Shown here: positions 1 through 5,529 of the stretch, piece by piece | Numbering within the stretch: the stretch's first letter is position 1 | Layout: each line of letters starts with the position of its first letter | Assembly (NCBI GenBank): GCA_037137755.1 | Contig: JBAXJR010000016.1 | Location: forward strand, 1-52,557 | Direction: 5' to 3' | Length of the DNA stretch: 52,557 bases | Source: Methanomicrobiales archaeon | GTDB lineage: Archaea; Halobacteriota; Methanomicrobia; Methanomicrobiales; Methanospirillaceae | Notes under the pieces: generated by a model | The model's input: only the letters and a program-made list of their open reading frames with translations | What the model was told of the DNA's origin: nothing | Database searches by the model: none | Position numbers and translations under genes: made by a program

Positions 1-138
1 GCAAACATAGAGAAAGGGATAACGTCGCATTGTGCCGCTACAACTGTTAAGTCCCACTTCGAGGATACGGGAGGGGCCAATGATTACTGTTATTGTCCGT
101 TCCGGTATGCAGATATCGCCTGGCCATTCGAGGTCCAT
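1..138 (-). CDS. N-terminal part of a hypothetical protein running off the left edge (MDLEWPGDICIPERTITVIIGPSRILEVGLNSCSGTMRRYPFLYVC...)
   Basis: ATG at 138 and 46 open codons to position 1. Absent from the ORF track because it is truncated. From memory it resembles a Methanomicrobiales hypothetical family. Confidence 0.55.
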   Translation of the reverse strand, partial: MDLEWPGDICIPERTITVIIGPSRILEVGLNSCSGTMRRYPFLYVC

Positions 139-222
139 GATAGGTGGTATGGGTTACTGGTACAGGTTGATAAGTGCAGGGGGCGTGCGGTATGAAAGTG
201 AGTTGCCCGGTGGTAGGTAACC

Positions 223-339
223 CGGGCATCATGTTCGCTCTGTCGTGCCTCCTCCGCTCACTTCATGCCCTGTTTTTCAGACTGTACCGGAGTGATATGA
301 CGGCCAAGACTTCGTCGCGATGCTCCTCGTCATCGCCTG
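223..339 (-). repeat. Left copy of a long imperfect inverted repeat (module alpha)
   Basis: Reverse complement of 298-339 equals 3313-3354 (42 nt); 255-272 equals 3382-3399 (18 nt); 223-240 equals 3443-3460 (18 nt). Confidence 0.95.
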
Positions 340-511
340 ATTGTTCTCGCGGGCAACCGGCCTGATGACCCGTTGCCTTCGCGGTAAACAAAATCGCCCG
401 CTTTTCGCTACCGCTTGCGAGCTACTTGTGGTAGCCGAGGCCCGACTGAGGCCGTGCCACCTGCGACGGCCCGATGAAACATGATAGGGTTGGGTTGAGG
501 GAACGCCAGGT

Positions 512-675
512 CCAGCGACAAGGCACCCGGTTACCGAGCGGAGCGAGGTCGAGGTGCCGAGGAGCGACATCGTTTTTCGGTCCTGTAATATTCAACCCGA
601 CCCTAGGGCAACAACAACCAGCGACGATAACACCCGGTTACGGTCGGCAGACCGTCGCGGTGTTGAGGAGCGACA
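512..675 (+). repeat. Two direct copies of a structured motif (module beta) at 512-569 and 618-675
   Basis: Pattern CCAGCGAC-n-[stem]-CGGTT-[AC..GT hairpin]-CGn-[stem']-GAGGAGCGACA. The outer stem covaries (GGCACC/GGTGCC versus AACACC/GGTGTT). Confidence 0.85.
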
Positions 676-700
676 GAGATCCCGGGAAAACATACCCGAA

Positions 701-745
701 GGGAAGGCCCTCGGAGACGGCCGGAGGCCGGCAGTGGGCCTTCCC
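701..745 (+). repeat. Structured junction motif (module gamma), copy 1
   Basis: GGGAAGGCCC-TCGGAGA-[CGGCC GGA GGCCG]-GCAGT-GGGCCTTCCC. The same junction strands recur at 3495-3534 with different stems. Confidence 0.85.
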
Positions 746-868
746 GAAGGGCGACCGCTGGTTTTATATCACAACACTATACGCTGCGATATAATGCGAT
801 TCACTTTCACACCGTGCATGGCGCTGTGTTATAACATCACCGACTAATATTATATGTGGTGAAAGAAA

Positions 869-1258
869 GTGTCCGAAACGCTCTTTGCCAAAATACAGCA
901 CGTCGGGACCGTGAAACTGTCCGGCGGCATGTTGAGAATAGATGTGAAAATCATACAGGCAGCGATAACCCGCTCCGATGTTTCCCGGCTAACCGGGGAC
1001 CTGGCACGGGTTACCGTCTGGGACATGACCCCGGTCTGGTCCGGGTCCGGCGAACCAACAGAAGCAGGGCAGGCATGGATCAATGCGTCCGGCCGGGCGG
1101 TCATGTACAGCATATACGGCAGGCGGTATATCTCCCCGCTCTCACATATCCGGGCAGCGATCGCGGGCTCACGGAAATTTGCGAACATTTCCACAATCAC
1201 ATGGGAACCAGTCACCCAGGTATCAGAGCTGGCAGCACCCCAGGCGGTGCCGGCATGA
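869..1258 (+). CDS. Hypothetical mobile-element protein, 129 aa
   Basis: GTG start; first gene of a coupled operon (ATGA overlap with the next ORF). Appears to contain two beta-beta-beta-alpha repeats. Confidence 0.75.
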   Translation: MSETLFAKIQHVGTVKLSGGMLRIDVKIIQAAITRSDVSRLTGDLARVTVWDMTPVWSGSGEPTEAGQAWINASGRAVMYSIYGRRYISPLSHIRAAIAGSRKFANISTITWEPVTQVSELAAPQAVPA

Positions 1259-1407
1259 AGAAAGTCCCGGTATTCGCCGGATTAATGATCTCCTCCCTCC
1301 GTGATGAAGCGGCCAACCTGCAGAAACAATCCGATCTCCTGAGCTATGAAGCTCAGGACCTGCGATGCCAGGCTGAAGAAATTGCGAAAGTCTACGGGGT
1401 GGCCTGA
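1255..1407 (+). CDS. Small coiled-coil-like hypothetical protein, 50 aa (MKKVPVFAG...)
   Basis: ATGA overlap with the upstream stop; heptad-like C-terminal half. It is the tail of the 856..1407 track ORF. Confidence 0.65.
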   Translation: MKKVPVFAGLMISSLRDEAANLQKQSDLLSYEAQDLRCQAEEIAKVYGVA

Positions 1408-1408
1408 A

Positions 1409-1612
1409 ATGTGCTGCAGGCTTGAGGACCTCGATATCATCGAGGATGAATATTACGAACACTGTTTCCGCTGTCGGGTATGCGGTAGCAAATGTGCAGG
1501 AGAATTCGAAGACCTCCTGAAAGTGGTCGAGGCAAATCGTGCAAGAGCTCACGCTATTGCAGAATACGCCAAATTGTGGGACCGGGACCATGCAGAGGAG
1601 GCGAGGGTATGA
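1409..1612 (+). CDS. Small Cys-rich hypothetical protein, 67 aa
   Basis: ATG 1 nt after the previous stop, GGGGTGG SD-like sequence, CC...CFRCRVC...C. Confidence 0.65.
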   Translation: MCCRLEDLDIIEDEYYEHCFRCRVCGSKCAGEFEDLLKVVEANRARAHAIAEYAKLWDRDHAEEARV

Positions 1613-1941
1613 TCTCCCTCTCCCTTCTGGTTGCCCGGATTAAAAAGAATATTTCATCATTGCGACTCCGGCGGGAGCATAAAGAATGCCCCCGTTGCCC
1701 GTGGATATTCACAGAAGGACAAGGTATCTGCCAGTTTTGCATACAAAAGAACCGGAATATCTCAAAAGTTATGGAGGATATTCCCGATGACCTGGAGCGG
1801 TGCGAAAGTTGCGGTGAAATTGTCCCTCCTGAACATCACATGATCGGCATCGAATACCAGGGTGAACAGGAGCGGAAGGGATCCGTGTACTATCTCGCAG
1901 GATACAATTGTCCGAGCTGTGGCCATCACACCGAGGTGTAA
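1609..1941 (+). CDS. Double zinc-ribbon protein, 110 aa
   Basis: ATGA overlap; four CxxC pairs (CPRC, CQFC, CESC, CPSC). Confidence 0.75.
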   Translation: MISLSLLVARIKKNISSLRLRREHKECPRCPWIFTEGQGICQFCIQKNRNISKVMEDIPDDLERCESCGEIVPPEHHMIGIEYQGEQERKGSVYYLAGYNCPSCGHHTEV

Positions 1942-1943
1942 TA

Positions 1944-2150
1944 ATGGAATACAAAATTTTTGTCAATCGAGGTGTTGGACCCCAGCTCATCGCCGAGTGC
2001 ATCGATCATAGTGCTGCGGTTGATTTCGCTGCTGTGTATGCACATAATCATAATATGGGCTGGATGTGGTCGAAGGTGGCATCCAATGAGATTGTCATCC
2101 GACCCGGCTTTACGAATGGGAAACCACGCCTCCGTGGTGGTCGGGTATGA
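1944..2150 (+). CDS. Hypothetical protein, 68 aa (MEYKIFV...)
   Basis: GAGGTG SD upstream; ATGA overlap with the next gene. Confidence 0.65.
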   Translation: MEYKIFVNRGVGPQLIAECIDHSAAVDFAAVYAHNHNMGWMWSKVASNEIVIRPGFTNGKPRLRGGRV

Positions 2151-2587
2151 CCACCTCAACCCCATTTCCATTCTGGACCGAGGAGGACATTATCAGCAGA
2201 TACACCCGGGACGATGCCCTGAACGATGGCGAATTAATCGCAGCACCCCGGGACCTCACCCGGCAGGCGGGGATCTCGGTACCGGTCGCACTCACCCGGG
2301 CAGCCTGGTATCAGTACATCGAACCTTCGTATCTTCCCGAGATGCCCGACCAGGACCTGACCGGCAGACTCTGGGACCTACTCTGGATGTTGCGAATGGC
2401 TGCGAATAAATCCCGGGGCAGCAGTGTTATCATATTCCGTGTTGCCTTCGAACTACTGCAGAAGAGAGCCAGGGCAACCGGTATCATACACCATAGGAGC
2501 ATTGAGACCGTAGAACTCAAAGCAATCTGCGGACCCGGCGATGACTACGAACCCGTCATAACTGTTATGCTTCCTGGGGAGGACTGA
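2147..2587 (+). CDS. DUF6573-like mobile-element protein
   Basis: Motifs IISRYTRDDALNDGEL, PVALTRAAW, QDLTGRLWDLLWM and GPGDDYEPVITVMLPGED recalled as typical of this plasmid/phage-associated family. Confidence 0.8.
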   Translation: MTTSTPFPFWTEEDIISRYTRDDALNDGELIAAPRDLTRQAGISVPVALTRAAWYQYIEPSYLPEMPDQDLTGRLWDLLWMLRMAANKSRGSSVIIFRVAFELLQKRARATGIIHHRSIETVELKAICGPGDDYEPVITVMLPGED

Positions 2588-2593
2588 GTACTA

Positions 2594-2788
2594 ATGGATA
2601 AAGTGGCTCAACCCCCACCTCATAAATTTTATACGACAGAGGAAGTGGCTGCAATGCTGCATCTTCATGTCCAGACCGTCAGGACACTTATTTTAAAAAA
2701 GCGGCTTGGTGCTATTAAGATCGGCATCGAGTGGCGGGTCAGTGAAGAGGACTTTACCGAATTTATCAGGGAGAACAGGAATAAGTAA
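2594..2788 (+). CDS. Excisionase-like MerR-type helix-turn-helix protein (HTH_17)
   Basis: YTTEEVAAMLHLHVQTVRTLI..KRLGAIKIGIEWRVSEEDF pattern, 64 aa. Confidence 0.9.
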   Translation: MDKVAQPPPHKFYTTEEVAAMLHLHVQTVRTLILKKRLGAIKIGIEWRVSEEDFTEFIRENRNK

Positions 2789-2992
2789 CCGCGACCGGTT
2801 AGAAAGTGTCCGAACAGAAACCGACCAGCCGCGATCGGTTAATCTATTACCCCCCTTTTCTTATCAGATTATCGACCTGGACAAATTTTTCCCTGCGGGG
2901 CGTCGCACGGTCCGGTCCTGATGGCCCGGCCATCGAGCGCCACCCCTACGGGTGGTAGTTCCGGGATCTCATTCGCCTGACCACGCCCACCC

Positions 2993-3036
2993 GACAGCTC
3001 CGACGGCCTGCTGATGCAGACCGTAACCGTGCTGCC
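2993..3036 (-). repeat. Third copy of the module beta core, on the minus strand
   Basis: Minus strand reads GGCAGC-A-CGGTT-ACGGTCTGC ATCA GCAGGCCGT-CGG-A-GCTGTC. It shares CGGTTACGGTC with 635-645. Confidence 0.7.
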
Positions 3037-3312
3037 TTCCCGCCCTGCCTTCATTCCCCGTCAAGACCATATCCTGATTCATCGGAGGGCGGTGGGAGCA
3101 CCCGGAGGTGACACGGTATCAACCGGGTCTGTGCTCCCTCCTTCCGTACAGGCTGCAAGTGAAACGATAAGCAGCCGATATTAATTTTGGATAATCAAGG
3201 GCCAAGCGGCCCGACCGAGCGAAGCGAGGGAGTCACGGAGCGTCTACACTTCAACAAAACACAGCGAACGGGACCGATGGCATCAGCCATGTGTCCCGGA
3301 GTGTGAAGGGAG

Positions 3313-3460
3313 CAGGCGATGACGAGGAGCATCGCGACGAAGTCTTGGCCGTCAGTATCACCCCGGTATACTCAGAAGAACCAGGGCATGAAGTGAGCGA
3401 AAGAGGACCGGAGCGGAACGAAGTGGAGCGAGGACCCGGACGGAGCGAACATGATGCCCG
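3313..3460 (+). repeat. Right copy of the long inverted repeat (module alpha)
   Basis: Three blocks identical to the reverse complement of 223-339; the variable inner segment is longer here. Confidence 0.95.
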
Positions 3461-3494
3461 TCTCCATATATCCGATCAACTATTAAACAAGGGA

Positions 3495-3534
3495 GCACCT
3501 CGGAGACGAGGCCCGATGGCCTCGGCAGTGGTGC
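3495..3534 (+). repeat. Structured junction motif (module gamma), copy 2
   Basis: GCACC-TCGGAGA-[CGAGGCC CGAT GGCCTCG]-GCAGT-GGTGC. Confidence 0.85.
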
Positions 3535-3804
3535 GAGCGATCTTTCATATCCAGATTTATTTTTGCGATCACAATCCTGGGACAACATCGGGGCGGCGGC
3601 CCGTGCGGCCGGGGGGTCCGCGACCCCTCCGAGAAGCACAACACCCGTAAATAAAAACGCCGTTGCTTCCACATCAGCGATATTTGACACCATAAATAAA
3701 GCGCCGATGCAATATCGGCACAGATCTGAACCAAAATTTTTCACATATGCAAAAAAATGTGAAAACTTAGCAAAAAATTGGGGGCTTCGAACGTTGCGTG
3801 TATA

Positions 3805-3917
3805 TGCTGCGGACGGGATCCGAACCCGCGACCTCCAGATGTCTCAGATGACGGCGCCAATGAATTTGCTCGAAAACCCTATGAGTCTGGCGCCCTAACC
3901 AGCTAGGCCACCGCAGC
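3805..3917 (-). tRNA. tRNA-Met(CAT), elongator type, with a 39-nt intron at 37/38 (intron 3841-3879)
   Basis: Acceptor GCTGCGG/CCGCAGC, anticodon stem CCAGA/TCTGG, anticodon CAT at 3881-3883. Canonical bulge-helix-bulge: CTCA/TGAG helix with TAG and ACA bulges. Confidence 0.95.
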
Positions 3918-4047
3918 GCACAAAAGTGCATAACAAGAAGGATTTTTGCGCTATTAAAGGTTCTGATACAGACGGCAGATTATGCCAAATATCTTTCAAC
4001 GCAGTTATCGAAATGGTTAAAAATATGAAATTATGAGGTTTCCGGGG

Positions 4048-5529
4048 TTATCCGGAATTCTTTTTATGGTGCAGGTATACATTGACCGCTGCAGAAATCG
4101 CCGCAACCTCCTTACCCTGCCGGAGGGAGGCCCCAAGGGTCTGGATACGGGTCTCTTCCTCGCGGACATACCTGTTCAGGGTCTTTGCGATATGTTCTTC
4201 AAGCAGGAACCCAGTATGCGTATTCCCTTCGACGAACTGCTTATTATGCATAATCGCATGGTGGAGAGGGAGCGTGGTTTTAACACCGATAATCACGTAT
4301 TCGTAAATTGCTCTCCTCATCCGTTCGATTGCTTCCATCCGGTTGTAACCGTACGTGCAGAGCTTCGAGATCATCGAGTCATAATTCGTCGGGATAGCAT
4401 AGCCGACGTGAATTCCCGAGTCGAGACGGACCCCCGGACCACCCGGAGACCTGTACCGTACGATCTTTCCAGGATCCGCCGCAAAATTGTTGAGCGGGTC
4501 CTCTGCGTTGATACGGCACTCAATCGCATGGCCCCTGATCGATATTCCGTCCTGCCCGAATGGGATCGCTTCACCTGCAGCAATTGCAAGCTGCTGTTTT
4601 ACAATATCGATCCCGGTCACCAGCTCTGTGATGGTGTGCTCTACCTGGAGCCTCGTGTTCATCTCCATAAAATAGTAGTTCCCGTCACTGTACAGGAATT
4701 CAACAGTGCCAGCATTGGTATAATCTGATGCCTTTGCGACCGCAATGGCAGAGGCCGACATCCGCTCCCTCAGTTCATCCGTCATGATCGGGCAGGGGGA
4801 CTCTTCCACCAGTTTCTGGTGCCGGCGCTGGATCGAGCATTCCCTTTCGAAGAGGTGGACCGTGTGACCGTGTTCATCTGCGAGGATCTGGAACTCGATA
4901 TGGCGGGGCTTCACCAGGTACTTCTCGATAAAGACGGTTGAGTCCCCGAAGGCAGACCCAGCGATCCGCATTCCTGCATTGATCGCATCTTCAAGGCCTG
5001 CCTCGTCCTCAACTATCTGCATGCCAATGCCCCCGCCTCCTGCACTTGCCTTTACAAGGACCGGGTACCCGATCTCCTCAGAAATCTTCCGGGCTTCATC
5101 GACATTCCGCACACCACCCTCGGTCCCGGGCACCACCGGTACACCGACATCCCTCATGGTCTTCTTGGACCCGATCTTCGAGCCCATCATCTCGATCGTC
5201 TGCCATGACGGCCCGATGAAGGTCACGCCCTCTTCCTGGCATCGCCGTGCAAAACGGTAATTTTCAGCGAGAAAACCGTATCCCGGATGAACCGCTTCTG
5301 CACCTGATTTTTTGGCGACCTCTAAAATCCGGTCAATATTCAGGTAGCTCTTTGAAGGGGGTGCTTCCCCGACGTGGAACGCCTCGTCTGCATATTTCAC
5401 ATGGAGGGAGTTTATATCGGCATCAGAATAGATCGCGACGGTTTCCACACCCAGTTCGCGGCAGGCCCTCATCACCCGTATTGCGATCTCGCCCCGGTTT
5501 GCGACCAGAACCTTCTCAAAAAATTTCAT
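4048..5529 (-). CDS. pycA: Pyruvate carboxylase subunit A (biotin carboxylase)
   Basis: ANRGEIAIR, HPGYGFLAEN, ERECSIQRRHQK, EMNTRLQVEH motifs; coupled to pycB. Confidence 0.93.
   Translation of the reverse strand: MKFFEKVLVANRGEIAIRVMRACRELGVETVAIYSDADINSLHVKYADEAFHVGEAPPSKSYLNIDRILEVAKKSGAEAVHPGYGFLAENYRFARRCQEEGVTFIGPSWQTIEMMGSKIGSKKTMRDVGVPVVPGTEGGVRNVDEARKISEEIGYPVLVKASAGGGGIGMQIVEDEAGLEDAINAGMRIAGSAFGDSTVFIEKYLVKPRHIEFQILADEHGHTVHLFERECSIQRRHQKLVEESPCPIMTDELRERMSASAIAVAKASDYTNAGTVEFLYSDGNYYFMEMNTRLQVEHTITELVTGIDIVKQQLAIAAGEAIPFGQDGISIRGHAIECRINAEDPLNNFAADPGKIVRYRSPGGPGVRLDSGIHVGYAIPTNYDSMISKLCTYGYNRMEAIERMRRAIYEYVIIGVKTTLPLHHAIMHNKQFVEGNTHTGFLLEEHIAKTLNRYVREEETRIQTLGASLRQGKEVAAISAAVNVYLHHKKNSG

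Larger units (their letters stand above)
1..3804. mobile_element. Right-hand end of a putative integrated element (provirus, integrative plasmid or ICE) next to the 3' end of tRNA-Met
   Basis: Short hypothetical and Zn-finger genes, a DUF6573-like gene, an excisionase-like HTH gene, structured non-coding DNA, and a boundary at a tRNA 3' end. No integrase or second att copy is visible in the window. Confidence 0.7.

Noticed and set aside
351-480. Possible hammerhead ribozyme (CTGATGA at 362-368, GAAAC at 476-480)
   Set aside because: No stem II closing directly onto GAAA and no stems I/III. CTGATGA is better explained as the reverse complement of an ATCA-loop hairpin.
512-675. Possible mini CRISPR array
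   Set aside because: Only two units, conserved blocks interrupted by variable stems, 106-nt period, and no cas genes in the window.
32-847. Track ORFs in the left non-coding region
   Set aside because: Arg/Pro/Gly-rich translations of GC-rich structured DNA, mutually overlapping, with no family motifs.
3813-3829. TTCGGAT T-loop (G at 58) in tRNA-Met as a sign of a pseudo-tRNA
   Set aside because: All stems and the BHB are intact, and I recall G58 in other euryarchaeal elongator tRNA-Met genes (not verified).
2869-3898. Track ORFs 2869..3054, 3291..3650, 3358..3744, 3483..3734 and 3563..3898
   Set aside because: They overlap the repeat modules or the tRNA. The conserved blocks are separated by indels that follow stem structure, which argues for non-coding constraint.
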